DNA of 64,000 nt from an uncultured Candidatus Binatia bacterium (GTDB taxonomy: Bacteria > Desulfobacterota > Binatia > UBA9968 > CAXXLF01): contig OZ244621.1 of the NCBI GenBank assembly GCA_965218425.1, forward strand, positions 1,152,001 through 1,216,000. Direction: 5' to 3'. Under the pieces are notes generated by a model. That model saw only the letters and a list, made by a program, of their open reading frames with translations, had not been told where the DNA came from and searched no databases. Position 1 is the stretch's first letter; each line of letters begins with the position of its first letter. The position numbers were made by a program, and so were the translations under genes. This document shows positions 10,504-21,167 of the stretch, piece by piece.

Positions 10504-11541
10504 TCATTTTGGGCGAACCGATTCCAGCTGCGCCTCGCGGATAGCCTTGGCCTTAGCCTCAGTTTTCCTTGCCTCCTCCTCTCGATTGGTTTCCCGCAGA
10601 AGTTCCGCATAGTTCTCCAATCCCGTAGCCAAATAGGGGTGTTCTGCTCCCAGGGACCTTTCCACAATCACCAGCGATCGTCGGTAGAGTGGCTCCGCCT
10701 TGGCATACTGACCCTGGGCCTGGTAGAGCAACGCCAGGTTGTTGAGGTCCGTTGCCACATGGGGATGATTTTTTCCAAGGACCTTTTCATCGATGGCCAA
10801 GGCTCGCCTTTGAAGCAGCTCCGCCTCCTCATACCGTCCTTGATCACGATAGAGTTCCGCAAGGTTATTGAGATCTCTGGCCACATCCGGATGGATTTTT
10901 CCCAGGGCCTTCTCATCGATTTTCAGGGCCCGTTGCAAAAGAGACTCTGCTTCACCGTACTCTTGCAGTGCGAGGTGAAGCATCGCCAGATTATTGAGAC
11001 TCGTGGCCACATGGGGGTGGTCGGGTCCCAGGGCTTTTTCCAAGATCGCCAGGGCTCGCCGGTGCAGCGGCTCCGCCTCATCGTACCTTTCCTGCTCTTG
11101 ATAAAGCGAGGCCAAATTGTTGAGGTTCGTAGCGATATCAGGGTCGTCCGGGCCCAAGGCCTTCTCATCGATGGCAAGAACCCGTTTGTGCAGCGACTCG
11201 GCCTTTACGTACTTGCCCTGAACGTAGTAGAGCATTGCCAGATTGTAGAGACTCGGGACCACTTCCTCGTGTTCCGGGCCAAAGACTTCCTCTCGGATCG
11301 CCAATGCTTTTGTCAATAGAGGTTCGGCCTTGGAATACTTACCCCGCTCATAGTATTCTTGCGCCTTTTTGTTGAAGCTTGCGGCCAAACTCAGATCTTT
11401 GAGACCGTAGGTTTTTTTTTCTTGAGTTTCGGCAGCACTCGCTTGTTGGGTTGCGGACAGGAGCAAGAACAGGGCGGCACTCCCAAAAAGGCAGAATAAA
11501 CCGTCCCTCAAATGCTTATGGCAATTGTTATTTAATTTCAT
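10504..11541 (-). CDS. Secreted tetratricopeptide repeat protein (kinesin-light-chain-type 42-aa TPRs)
   Basis: Signal peptide then about 6 repeats of HPxVAxxLNNLAxLYxxQGxYxxAExLxxRAL. Confidence 0.92.
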   Translation of the reverse strand: MKLNNNCHKHLRDGLFCLFGSAALFLLLSATQQASAAETQEKKTYGLKDLSLAASFNKKAQEYYERGKYSKAEPLLTKALAIREEVFGPEHEEVVPSLYNLAMLYYVQGKYVKAESLHKRVLAIDEKALGPDDPDIATNLNNLASLYQEQERYDEAEPLHRRALAILEKALGPDHPHVATSLNNLAMLHLALQEYGEAESLLQRALKIDEKALGKIHPDVARDLNNLAELYRDQGRYEEAELLQRRALAIDEKVLGKNHPHVATDLNNLALLYQAQGQYAKAEPLYRRSLVIVERSLGAEHPYLATGLENYAELLRETNREEEARKTEAKAKAIREAQLESVRPK

Positions 11542-11908
11542 CTTGCTCCTGGCCCGAGCCGACCAAAGAATTTACCATCAGCATGGTATCACTTTTCTCT
11601 TTGCTTGCGACGGGAGCTTTTCGTCTTCGGACGGGGAGCCCTTTTCTTTGGCGCCGGTTTGTGATTTTAGGTTTTTCGACCTTCCGAGGCCTGCTGATGA
11701 AATCCGGAACCAGCCCAACCTGTTCAGACCCTTTTTTCAATATGACTTTATATAGTCCGCGCCCCTTAATGCCACCGGCTTGCACTTTTAGTAAAGTATG
11801 AACTATGTGTCAATGAAGCCGGCTATTCTCAACCGTTACTCGAAATAGATAAGGTGCGGGGCAAAATGTCATATGACCAAAAAACACCGGATACACTAGA
11901 CGACTCCG

Positions 11909-13243
11909 ATGGACATTGACGGCCCCTCCCCATCCGCCGCCATTCCCCGGGCCTGGCCCTTTAAACATGTTTTCTACGGATGGGCAATCGTCATCGCAGC
12001 CCTGGTGGCTTCCTTTGGATCGGTGCCGGTTTTCGGTCCCGTGCTGGGCGTCTTTATCGTTCCCATGCAGCAGGAGCTGGGCTGGTCCCGGGCCACCATT
12101 TCTCTAGCCTTTACCATAGGGAGCATGACCGGCTCCGTTACCACTTTTATCATTGGTTCCCTCCTTGACCGTTACGGAGCTCGCATAATCGTCGCGTGCA
12201 CAGGGATCATTATCGCGGGGGCAATGCTGGGCCTAGCGGTTATGGATCACCCCTGGCAGTTCTGGCTCTTTTTCGGCATAGGCCGAGGGGCGGCGCTTGC
12301 GGGCATTCAGGTAGGAACCTCAGTGGCCATTGCCAACTGGTTCATCCGAAGACGTGGCAGAGCCATGGCCATTAAAGGAATGGGACTCCGTATCGGGCAG
12401 GCAACGTTTCCCTTGATCATCTTTGCCATCATGGCTGTCTCCACCTGGCGGCACGCCTATGCCGCGCTGGCCGGACTGACCTTTTTGTGCATCGTCGTGC
12501 CCTCCACCCTGTACATTCGGCGACGGCCGGAGGATATGGGCCTTTACCCGGACGGCATGGCTCCCGTTGCTGAATCATCTAACGGAGCTTCGGGCACGTT
12601 GACTCCCACCCAAAGTCGGCAACAGGGCCACGAGGAGTCCTGGACCCTCGCCGAGGCGCGGAGGACCCCTGTATTTTGGATTATCGTGCTGTTCACGCTC
12701 CTTGCTCCCTTCGCCCTGGGATCCCTGAACCTCCACATGGTGGCCAACTTTCAGGACCAGGGGATTTCCGCAGGTGTAGCGGTCAGTATTCTGTCCATCT
12801 TCGCCGCCATCTCTTCATTAACCGTTTTACCCTGGGGTTTCCTAACAGAGCGCGTGCATGTCCGATACGCCTGCATGCTCATGTGTTTGTTTCAGGGGCT
12901 GTCCATTTTCCTGATCATCATGGCGAAGACCGCACCCGTTGCCGTGGCCTTCGGGCTAGCCTTCGGCATTGCCCAGGGAGGCTGGACCGTTATGCAGAAC
13001 CTTGTCTTTACCGACTACTTTGGCCGCCGTCACGCCGGCGCCATCAGAGGATTTGCGTCACCCTTTAGGCTACTGGGACCGTTGGGGCCGGTTTTCACCG
13101 GATATATTCGCGATGCGACGGGAAGTTATATTCTCGCCTTTAAAATACTGGCAGGGGTCTTTATCGCCATGTTTATACTGATGCTCGTTGCCGTCCCTCC
13201 GACAAAGGGTTCCTCCACTGAGGAACAAAACGGCGCCCGATGA
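11909..13243 (+). CDS. MFS transporter (OFA/MCT-like)
   Basis: FYGW, GSLLDRYGAR, WFIRRRGRA, DYFGRRHAGAIRG; about 12 TM helices. Confidence 0.92.
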   Translation: MDIDGPSPSAAIPRAWPFKHVFYGWAIVIAALVASFGSVPVFGPVLGVFIVPMQQELGWSRATISLAFTIGSMTGSVTTFIIGSLLDRYGARIIVACTGIIIAGAMLGLAVMDHPWQFWLFFGIGRGAALAGIQVGTSVAIANWFIRRRGRAMAIKGMGLRIGQATFPLIIFAIMAVSTWRHAYAALAGLTFLCIVVPSTLYIRRRPEDMGLYPDGMAPVAESSNGASGTLTPTQSRQQGHEESWTLAEARRTPVFWIIVLFTLLAPFALGSLNLHMVANFQDQGISAGVAVSILSIFAAISSLTVLPWGFLTERVHVRYACMLMCLFQGLSIFLIIMAKTAPVAVAFGLAFGIAQGGWTVMQNLVFTDYFGRRHAGAIRGFASPFRLLGPLGPVFTGYIRDATGSYILAFKILAGVFIAMFILMLVAVPPTKGSSTEEQNGAR

Positions 13244-13503
13244 ACGGGTAACCTCCGATACGTGACCCATGGGGGACGATTCAGTCCCCGACGGCAAACC
13301 GTAACATCTTGACCGGAAATAAAATCGACCGAGGGCTTGATGGTTAGCGAGTTATCGATGCACGGTACGGACAACCGTGAACAGCTCGCTGATGCCTGTC
13401 TCGCTCCATCTTAACTCGACCGTGGAGAAACGAGCTTGGCCCATGGCGGATCGTAAGGGATTTGCCGGCAATGATTCCCCGAACCGATCGAGCCGGACCG
13501 GGG

Positions 13504-14298
13504 TTAGAGATTGAAGCGACGAACATAGCTCCGCAGCAAAAACGCCCAGAGTTTCACCGCCATTTCGGCCGCGTAGTTCATTCCCCAATTGGGACGTACT
13601 TCGGTTAGCCCCTCCTCAAACACTCGCCGGAGCAAATAGGCGTTCTCGCTTCGGGTGCCGAAGGCGCCACCCCCATTTTTGTCTTGGCTCAACCGCGCGT
13701 TCAGCTCCCAGTACTGAATGTCTTCCTCACCCAGACCAAATTGTTCGGCAAGCGCTTTGCACCACAGGCGGGCGTAAGGCTCAAAGGCGCTACCAAACTG
13801 ACCGGCCACTACTTCGGCAAAGGTTCCTTCCGAGTGTAATCGGCCAAAAAAAGCCACAAACCTTCTGAGATCCCCAATGGGCTGAGTTTGATTCATCTGT
13901 GCTTCCGCAATACCCAAGGTCAGCACCAATCGGCGAAGCAGCAGTGTGCGACCGCCCGCCTTAGGACGAGTGAGCTCGCAGGAAATCCTCTCGAGGTATT
14001 CCTCTTCTATATCCGTGTGGGCTCGACAGATTTGAATGAAGCGCTTGTAAAGTCGGCTAAAGCTGGCCGCCAGGGGTCTATGCAGGAGATACCAATCGAG
14101 GGTGGCCGCCTGCAGCGCCTCCTTGGGCAGGTCACGGGCCTCTAATCGCTTGGTGAACGGATGATCCAGGATATACGTACTGACAAGGTCATCGGTGAAT
14201 TTCAAAAGGGTCGCGGCCCGCTCCTCCGCTTCGGCCGGCGCCATCCTGACCCTTTGGGGTTGGTTGATCTCTAGTTGACTCAAATCAGGCTGCTCCAA
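13504..14298 (-). CDS. Heme-oxygenase-like/TenA-fold protein, metal ligands apparently degenerate
   Basis: ILDHPFTKRL, and C-terminal EEGLTEVRPNWG similar to 5805-6605; lacks the HxxxDxxH motif. Confidence 0.6.
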   Translation of the reverse strand: MEQPDLSQLEINQPQRVRMAPAEAEERAATLLKFTDDLVSTYILDHPFTKRLEARDLPKEALQAATLDWYLLHRPLAASFSRLYKRFIQICRAHTDIEEEYLERISCELTRPKAGGRTLLLRRLVLTLGIAEAQMNQTQPIGDLRRFVAFFGRLHSEGTFAEVVAGQFGSAFEPYARLWCKALAEQFGLGEEDIQYWELNARLSQDKNGGGAFGTRSENAYLLRRVFEEGLTEVRPNWGMNYAAEMAVKLWAFLLRSYVRRFNL

Positions 14299-14307
14299 TG
14301 ACCGGAT

Positions 14308-15900
14308 CTAAGGCTTGATACGGTTGGCCTTGGCCTTTTCCCCGGTAATGAAGTGATCTCCTTTCAACGCCAACTCCGCTTCTTCCTCGTCCTGCTCGCT
14401 CCATACCCCGAGACTGTATCCGTACCACGGCATGCGAGGTTTGAGTTGAGGCAATTTCAACTCTTCCCAGATCGCCTTGGCGTTTTCCATGAACTCTTTT
14501 CGCGGCAAAGACACGGGGAGATAAGGCCAAGGCCGAGTGGCATCGATCAACAGGGAGGTCATCTCCGCCGCCCTTCTCTCGGCAGTGGTGGCGGTGGGGG
14601 GAGCGGCCGAAGGATCCAACCCCGCGTATTTCCCCTTGGCAACCGCCACGTCTTTGTCAGGGACCACATTAAAGCAGATAGCCCAATTGATCATGGCCGG
14701 GTCAAAGATATCGATATCTTCATCCACGGCGACGGTGATTTTAGCGAAGGGCCCCACGAACCCGGCGGTGGCATGAAGTGCCCGCCACACCTCGGCGCTG
14801 CTTCTCTTCCTTGTTTTGATAACGCAGTAGGACTGACCGCTGCCGCTCACTTCATCATGCAGGGCCACGTCCAGCACACAGTCGTTGCCGCTGTCATACC
14901 TGAGGTACTTGTACAGGATCTTCTCCGTGCCCGTGTGTTTGATCTTGCTGCTTTCGCTGGGAGGAAACTGGCTAATGAGAGCGCTGTATATGGCGTCCCT
15001 TCGGTGCGTGATAGCGGTGACCTCCATATAGGGGGAGTTGCCGCGCGGACCTAAGTAACCCGTGTACTCACCGAAGGGCCCTTCCGGCTCAACCGTATCC
15101 GTCGGGATCACTCCTTCGATGACGATTTCCGCCGTAGCCGGCACCTCGATGTCCACCGTAACGCATTTGACCAGCTCGATGGGCTCGCCTGCCAGACCGC
15201 CTGCCAGTCGATACTCGTCGAAATCATAAGGGATCTTGGCGGTGGCGGCGTAGGCAACGGCAGGAACCGAACCGATGATAACGGCCGCCTCCAGGGGTTT
15301 CCCCATGGCCATGCACTTTCTCCAGTGCTGCCCCATGTGCTGTCCGGTAAAAAATCCTCCCGTCCGATCGGGCCCTTTGATCTGCCCCCGGTAGTTGCCG
15401 ATGTTGTAAACACCCGATTCGGGATCCTTGGAAACCCAGTTCGCAGAGGTTAGATAGGGTGCATTGTCAAAACCGGGAGTCGAAATGGGTACGGGGAGCG
15501 TCTCCAAACCGTGGCCGTTCAACAGATCGCTGCCCTGCCGAACCACCTCATGAACTGGCCCGCTGCCGACCGTTACCGGCGGCTGCGCCCTCAACTGGGC
15601 ATTGGTCCAGGTGTCGTGGATTTCTTCCGGCTTACACATGAGCCCCATGGCATAGATCTCCGTCGACGCGGCGAGGGTGCCCACGGAAACGGGCATGTCG
15701 TATTTTCTCCCCTTCACGTCCACGACGTTCTCAAAAAGAAAGGCCTTGCGCTGATCTTCTTCCAAACCGCGAAACTGCCACCTGACCAGCGGCATTAACT
15801 CGGTATCCTTATTGACCCGGCGTTGGATCCTCAACAATTTCCCTCTCTCCTCCAGAGCCGCCAGGTGTTCTCTCAAGTCGCTATAATATTTGCTCTTCAC
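14308..15900 (-). CDS. UbiD family decarboxylase
   Basis: YYSDLRE, NIGNYR, PEGPFGEYTGY, AVDEDID. Confidence 0.92.
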   Translation of the reverse strand: MKSKYYSDLREHLAALEERGKLLRIQRRVNKDTELMPLVRWQFRGLEEDQRKAFLFENVVDVKGRKYDMPVSVGTLAASTEIYAMGLMCKPEEIHDTWTNAQLRAQPPVTVGSGPVHEVVRQGSDLLNGHGLETLPVPISTPGFDNAPYLTSANWVSKDPESGVYNIGNYRGQIKGPDRTGGFFTGQHMGQHWRKCMAMGKPLEAAVIIGSVPAVAYAATAKIPYDFDEYRLAGGLAGEPIELVKCVTVDIEVPATAEIVIEGVIPTDTVEPEGPFGEYTGYLGPRGNSPYMEVTAITHRRDAIYSALISQFPPSESSKIKHTGTEKILYKYLRYDSGNDCVLDVALHDEVSGSGQSYCVIKTRKRSSAEVWRALHATAGFVGPFAKITVAVDEDIDIFDPAMINWAICFNVVPDKDVAVAKGKYAGLDPSAAPPTATTAERRAAEMTSLLIDATRPWPYLPVSLPRKEFMENAKAIWEELKLPQLKPRMPWYGYSLGVWSEQDEEEAELALKGDHFITGEKAKANRIKP

Positions 15901-16214
15901 TGTGGTAACCCCATTGATATGAATTCGGCAGGAGACTCGACTCAGGTTTTCTTGATTTTCTCCTGCTTATAGACGTGGATTTGACCTGCTTAACATCGCG
16001 TTCTCATACAGTCAAGCCGGCCTTATGCACCCCTGAAATCCCGCCGCCTCACAACCCGTTTCCCCGCAACGATCGAGCCCGGTAAATCAGGGCGGTTGCC
16101 GGAGGCCGCGGAATAAAGTACTGGCACTCTGTGAATTCTTGAGATAAAAGGTGGAATGTGTCGGTTAGCCGTCACCCCGAGAAGGACAACGACGATACCG
16201 CAAGGAGAACAACC

Positions 16215-18467
16215 ATGGCAAGCGTGAAATCCGTGATTGGTGCGCCCATCGGCCGTGTGGAGGGAACCGAGAAGGTGAGCGGCCATGCCACCTATGCGGC
16301 GGACGTACGGCTCCCCGGGACTCTATGGGCGAAAGTGCTCCGAAGCCCCCATCCCCACGCTCGAATTACCCGTATCGACGCCTCCCGCGCACGAAAGGCC
16401 GAGGGAGTCAGAGGGGTCGTCACGGGCAAGGACGTCACAGGCTCATACATGGGTAGAGTCATCCGGGACATCCCGGTGCTCTGCTGGGACAAGGTGCGTT
16501 TCGTCGGAGACCGCGTGGCGGCGGTGGCGGCGGATACGCTGGAGGCGGCAGAGGCGGCGCTGGAACTGATCGAGGTGCGGTACGAAGAGTTGCCGGCTGT
16601 ATTCGACCCCCTGGAGGCCATGCAGCCCGGCGCCCCAAGGCTGCACGACGACGTGGCCGGTTACGATGGAGCTCCCGAAGACATTCTCATTCCTGACGTT
16701 CCCAACGGGTTGAACCGACTCACCTGGGGCAAAGGGGACATCGAACAGGGCTTTCGGGAAGCCGACCTGGTATTGGAACACACCTTTCGGATACCCATCC
16801 GGCACCAGGGGTACATTGAGCCGCAGACCGCGCTGGTGTCTATTGACGACGACGGCCGCGTGCAGGCCTGGGTATCCACCAAGAGCCCCTACTCCACGCG
16901 GAGTCAACTCGCCAAGGCCATTGACGTCCCGCAAGAGATGATCCGAATAAACGCCGTAGACGTGGGCGGGGACTTCGGCGGCAAGGGCGACGCAATGGAA
17001 CTGCCCATCTGCTATTTCCTGGCCCGGCAGACAAAGCGGCCCGTGAAAATCGTGCACACCTACACGGAGGAGATAACCGCCGGCAACCCAAGCCATCCCA
17101 CGGTCGTCACCGTCCGCTCGGGGATCAAGAGAGACGGGCGCATTGCGGCCCGCTATCTGAAAGCCGTGCATTCGAGCGGCGCTTACGGCGGACAAAAGTT
17201 TGTTCGGGCCACCCTCGGCGGGGCGGGAACCGCAGGCCCCTATCGCATTGACCATGCCTTCATGGAGGCCATCCAGGTATACACGAACATTTTGCCCTGC
17301 GGCTTTTGGAGGGCCCCCGGCGCCCTGCAAGCCATGTACGCCGTCGAGTCGCATATGGACCTGCTCGCTCGGGAGCTGAAGATGGACCCCGCCGGATTTC
17401 GTCTGAAAAACATGCTCCGAGAAGGGGAAGAGAACGCCATAGGGAGACAAATGGAAGGGGTCAAGGCGCGCGAAACCCTCCAGGCCGCCCTGGATGCGGC
17501 CGGCTGGCGGAAACGTAAAGCTAAACCCAATGTCGGCCGCGGCATCGGAATGTACGAGAGGTTCACAGGGGCCGGCCCCAGCTGGATCGGCCTGACCGCG
17601 GAGCCCGACGGCGCTTTGACGCTGTTAACCGTAAGCGGTGATCAAGGCTCGGGGCTTCGCACCGTTTTATGCCAAGCAGTGGCCGCGGAGATGGGCGTCC
17701 CCATGGAACGGGTGCGGGTCGTGACGGGCAATACCGACGCGGTTCCGTACAGTATCGACATCGGTTTCGGCGGCAGCCGCTCCACCAATATCGGCGGCCA
17801 GGCCGTGATCGGCGCCTGCGGCGAGCTCAAAGCGAAGCTATCGGCCCAGGCCGCTCGAATGTTGGAGTGCGCCGAAGAAGATATTGATTATAGCGGCGGT
17901 CGGTTCCGGCCGCGTCAGAAGCCGAAGCGGGCCGTAGGCCTGGCCGAAGTCGTCAAGAATATGAACGGCGGCGGTCCCGTTACGGTCACCACCAAAGTCG
18001 ATGTGCCGAGGAAGTTCTCTTCCACCTCCTTTGTGGCTCAGGTGGCCGAGGTGGAGGTGGACCCTGAAACGGGCCAGGTGAGGCTTCACCGGTTCATCTC
18101 CGCCCACGACGTGGCAACCATTATCAATCCCATCGGCCATCAAGGGCAGATCGACGGCGGCTCGGTAATGGCCATCGGCACGGCTATGATGGAAGAGATC
18201 GTCGTCGAGGACGGGAAGGTCACCACCACGAACCTGGGCGAGTACAAGCTTCCCAACATCGCGGACATACCCAAGCTGGAAACGGTGCTGGTGCGGTCCG
18301 AAAGCGGCCCGGGCGCCTATCAGACAAAGGGCATCGGTGAAATGGCCAACGTCAGTCCGCCGGCGGCCATCGCCAACGCCGTGGCCGACGCGACGGGAGC
18401 GCGGCTGTTCGATCTACCCATCACGTCGGAAAAAGTATACAAGGCTCTCCGGGACGGGAAATCATGA
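16215..18467 (+). CDS. Xanthine dehydrogenase/CoxL-family molybdopterin-binding subunit
   Basis: RSPHPHARI, VGGDFGGK, WRAPG, GQIDGG, KGIGE. Confidence 0.92.
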   Translation: MASVKSVIGAPIGRVEGTEKVSGHATYAADVRLPGTLWAKVLRSPHPHARITRIDASRARKAEGVRGVVTGKDVTGSYMGRVIRDIPVLCWDKVRFVGDRVAAVAADTLEAAEAALELIEVRYEELPAVFDPLEAMQPGAPRLHDDVAGYDGAPEDILIPDVPNGLNRLTWGKGDIEQGFREADLVLEHTFRIPIRHQGYIEPQTALVSIDDDGRVQAWVSTKSPYSTRSQLAKAIDVPQEMIRINAVDVGGDFGGKGDAMELPICYFLARQTKRPVKIVHTYTEEITAGNPSHPTVVTVRSGIKRDGRIAARYLKAVHSSGAYGGQKFVRATLGGAGTAGPYRIDHAFMEAIQVYTNILPCGFWRAPGALQAMYAVESHMDLLARELKMDPAGFRLKNMLREGEENAIGRQMEGVKARETLQAALDAAGWRKRKAKPNVGRGIGMYERFTGAGPSWIGLTAEPDGALTLLTVSGDQGSGLRTVLCQAVAAEMGVPMERVRVVTGNTDAVPYSIDIGFGGSRSTNIGGQAVIGACGELKAKLSAQAARMLECAEEDIDYSGGRFRPRQKPKRAVGLAEVVKNMNGGGPVTVTTKVDVPRKFSSTSFVAQVAEVEVDPETGQVRLHRFISAHDVATIINPIGHQGQIDGGSVMAIGTAMMEEIVVEDGKVTTTNLGEYKLPNIADIPKLETVLVRSESGPGAYQTKGIGEMANVSPPAAIANAVADATGARLFDLPITSEKVYKALRDGKS

Positions 18468-18613
18468 AAGCCGGACTTCTGTCGCCCCGCGTCACCCCAC
18501 CCGGCGGCCCGGAGACACACGATCATGCGCATGGACGGCCCGAACTCATAGCCGACCATGTGCGATTTATCCGCCCAAGAGCTTTATCCCCCGGAAAATA
18601 AGGAGACTGGATC

Positions 18614-20515
18614 ATGTCGGCGTCAACGGAACTGTTCCCAAAACAACGAACGACGAGACTTCCCGGCGGTTACATGGGAAAAATCCTGCGGGTCAATCTC
18701 ACCTCCGGTTCCACGAAGGATGAAAACCTGCCCGAGGAGCCTTTGTTGAGAAGATTGATCGGCGGCCAGGCGCTGGCATCGTACATCCTGCTCAATGAGC
18801 TGCCTCTGGACGCCACGCCCTTCGGGCCTGAAAGCAAGGTGGTGCTGATGACCGGGCCCATCACCGGCAACGGATTGACGCCGGGCGGCACCAAGTTCAC
18901 GGCCGTCTATCTCAGTCCCCTCACGGGAAATACACTAGGGCGCGGAGCATCGAGCGGCTTCTGGGGGATCTATCTCAAGGCCGCCGGTTACGACGGGCTC
19001 ATCATCGAAGGGGCGGCATCGAGACCTGCCTATTTATTCATTCATGACGGGAAGGCGGAGCTTCGCGACGCCACGAAGTTCTGGGGGCAAGGCACCAGGG
19101 CGACAGAGGACAACCTGCGCGCGGAAGTGGGGCTCAAGGATGCCAAGGTCCTCTGCATGGGGCCTGCGGGTGAGAATCTCAACCGCGCCGCCATGCTGTG
19201 CAACGACTACAACCATTTTGCCGCCCACAGCGGTGGAGCGGTCTTCGGATCGAAAAAGCTCAAGGCGATCGTCGTGAGCGGCTCCATGCGCCCCAGGATT
19301 TCCGACAAGGCACTCTTGCTGAACGCCGGGATGCGCTGGCGCAAGATCTTGGCCCCGCAGACCGTAGAAGAAAAAAAGACCAAGATGGGTCACGGGGAGT
19401 CATGGGGAGCCCTCAACAACCTCAACTGGCGCAGCACCGAGATCAGCGACCACAACCGCGGCTTCAATCAGAACCGCGTGGTGCTGCGGCCTTGCTTTCA
19501 ATGCGCGAGGCTTTGCCCCTGGGACGTGGAGATCCAAGAGGGGCCCCACAAGGGAACCCTGGCTCACTTCAACGCCGGGGGCGAATGGCTGGACGCTTTC
19601 TTCAATCTCGGCATCAAGGGGAATTCCGTCCTCTACCTGTCGGAGCGCATCAATGATCTCGGCATAGAGTGCAGCCACTTTTCCTGCGGCGCGGGAGTCG
19701 CCTTCGAGGCCTGGGAGAAGGGCATGCTCAAGCCCGACCGGACCAACGGCCTGAAACTGGAGTGGGGAAACGTCGAGGCGGTGGACGGGCTCCTCGAAAT
19801 GGCCGCGCGCCGCGAGGGCTGGTTGGGCAACCTGCTGGCGGACGGACCCAAGCAGTTGGCGGAGGCCATCGGCGGGGACGCGCCCAATTGGGCGGTGCAC
19901 ACCAAAGGCGGAACTCCCGCGATGCACGAATGGCGGCCGCTGTTGGGTCAGATGCTCAGGGAGCTGGTCGGCAGCGGGGGCATGAAACCTCAAGGGGGAG
20001 GCTCGGTAAGTCCTCCTCCGGACCTTCGCTTCCGGGAGAAGTGGGGCCCGCTGGACCGAGACGACCCGCAGGGCTGGCCGCGGTCTCAAGTCCTCTCCGA
20101 ACAGTACCGGCAGTTCTGCGGCATCAGCGGCGGATGCTGGTTCGCCCAGGTGCCGCATAAACCCGACGGCCTCAACTGTATTACGGACACCGTCAATTCA
20201 ACCACCGGGTGGGACTTCGACCTAGAGGAAGCCATGGCGGCCGGCCATAGAAGCATGATTCTTCAAAGCCTGTTCGGCACCCAGAGGGGCTGGTCCGCCG
20301 AACTGGACTGGAAAGACGTGGGCCCCAGATTCCTGGAACCCATTCCCGACGGCAAGTACAAAGGGTTCACCATCGCCAAATGGTTGCCCGGCATGGTCTA
20401 CGAATACCACCGGCTCACCGAGCGCGACGAAAAAACCGGCCGTCCCTCGAAAAATGTCCTGACCCGACTCGGCCTCGAGGAATTCATGGACTGGAGCCAG
20501 CCCGACTCCATCTAG
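18614..20515 (+). CDS. Aldehyde:ferredoxin oxidoreductase family (W/Mo-pterin)
   Basis: GYMGKILRVNL, SPLTG, GPAGEN, GAVFGSKKLKAI, CFQCARLC. Confidence 0.9.
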   Translation: MSASTELFPKQRTTRLPGGYMGKILRVNLTSGSTKDENLPEEPLLRRLIGGQALASYILLNELPLDATPFGPESKVVLMTGPITGNGLTPGGTKFTAVYLSPLTGNTLGRGASSGFWGIYLKAAGYDGLIIEGAASRPAYLFIHDGKAELRDATKFWGQGTRATEDNLRAEVGLKDAKVLCMGPAGENLNRAAMLCNDYNHFAAHSGGAVFGSKKLKAIVVSGSMRPRISDKALLLNAGMRWRKILAPQTVEEKKTKMGHGESWGALNNLNWRSTEISDHNRGFNQNRVVLRPCFQCARLCPWDVEIQEGPHKGTLAHFNAGGEWLDAFFNLGIKGNSVLYLSERINDLGIECSHFSCGAGVAFEAWEKGMLKPDRTNGLKLEWGNVEAVDGLLEMAARREGWLGNLLADGPKQLAEAIGGDAPNWAVHTKGGTPAMHEWRPLLGQMLRELVGSGGMKPQGGGSVSPPPDLRFREKWGPLDRDDPQGWPRSQVLSEQYRQFCGISGGCWFAQVPHKPDGLNCITDTVNSTTGWDFDLEEAMAAGHRSMILQSLFGTQRGWSAELDWKDVGPRFLEPIPDGKYKGFTIAKWLPGMVYEYHRLTERDEKTGRPSKNVLTRLGLEEFMDWSQPDSI

Positions 20516-20549
20516 GATTATCGACCGCGGACGGCGCAGAGAATCAAAT

Positions 20550-20675
20550 GGAAACCGGCCGGATTTTCCCGGGCGTTTAGGGCTCGAAAAACGGGCCTGA
20601 AACGTCAGTAAAATAGCGCCGGGCGGCGCCTCATGAATCCCCCCTTCATTAGAACGCGACCATCCCGAGTGGAAG
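20550..20675. repeat. About 125 bp repeat (module D) shared with 55072-55197
   Basis: GGAAACCGGCCGGATTTTCC..GGGC..TTTAGGGCTCGAAAAA...CGGGCGGCGCCTCATGAATCCCCC..CATT.GAACGCGACCA in both places. Confidence 0.8.
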
Positions 20676-20753
20676 AGGGCATGTCCTGTCATGCAACTGC
20701 AAGGGCAAGCTCAGGTCCTCGCCGACCTTGGCATGGCTATATGCTCTTCCCTG

Positions 20754-21167
20754 CTATGGACGGGCGGCTTCATCGTCAGGCCGGACCACGAGGTCAATCT
20801 CGACGAGGGCGTCGAGCGCCAACCCCGTAACACCGATGCAGGTGCGCCCCGGCATACGCCCCGGAGCAAAGTAGGCGGCGTATACTCCATTCATGGCGGC
20901 GTAGTCGGCGAAATTCAACAGGTAGACGCGGGCGAACACGGTGCGGTCGAGGGAAGTGCCCAGGCCGGTGAGCACGGTTTGCAGATTCCGCATCACTTGA
21001 TGCGTCTGCTCGACAATGCCGCCCGGGACCAAGCGATCCCCAGTCTTCGGGTCGGACGGCAATTGCCCGGTGACGAAGAGAAATTCACCGGCCCGCACGG
21101 CATGGCTGTATGGCGCCGTAGGCGGCGGGGGCGGGGCTCCGGGCGCCATTAGAAATTCGAGAGCCAC
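20754..21167 (-). CDS. RidA/YjgF/UK114 family protein
   Basis: APYSHAV, TGQLP, MNGVY..YF, PGRTCIGV, VEID; GTG start after AAGGA. Confidence 0.9.
   Translation of the reverse strand: MALEFLMAPGAPPPPPTAPYSHAVRAGEFLFVTGQLPSDPKTGDRLVPGGIVEQTHQVMRNLQTVLTGLGTSLDRTVFARVYLLNFADYAAMNGVYAAYFAPGRMPGRTCIGVTGLALDALVEIDLVVRPDDEAARP

Noticed and set aside
10504..11541. DNA-level repeats as a DGR or tandem array
   Set aside because: Explained by TPR protein repeats; no reverse transcriptase present
13244..13500. Possible SDR C-terminal remnant (VDFISGQDVTV)
   Set aside because: Match too short to support
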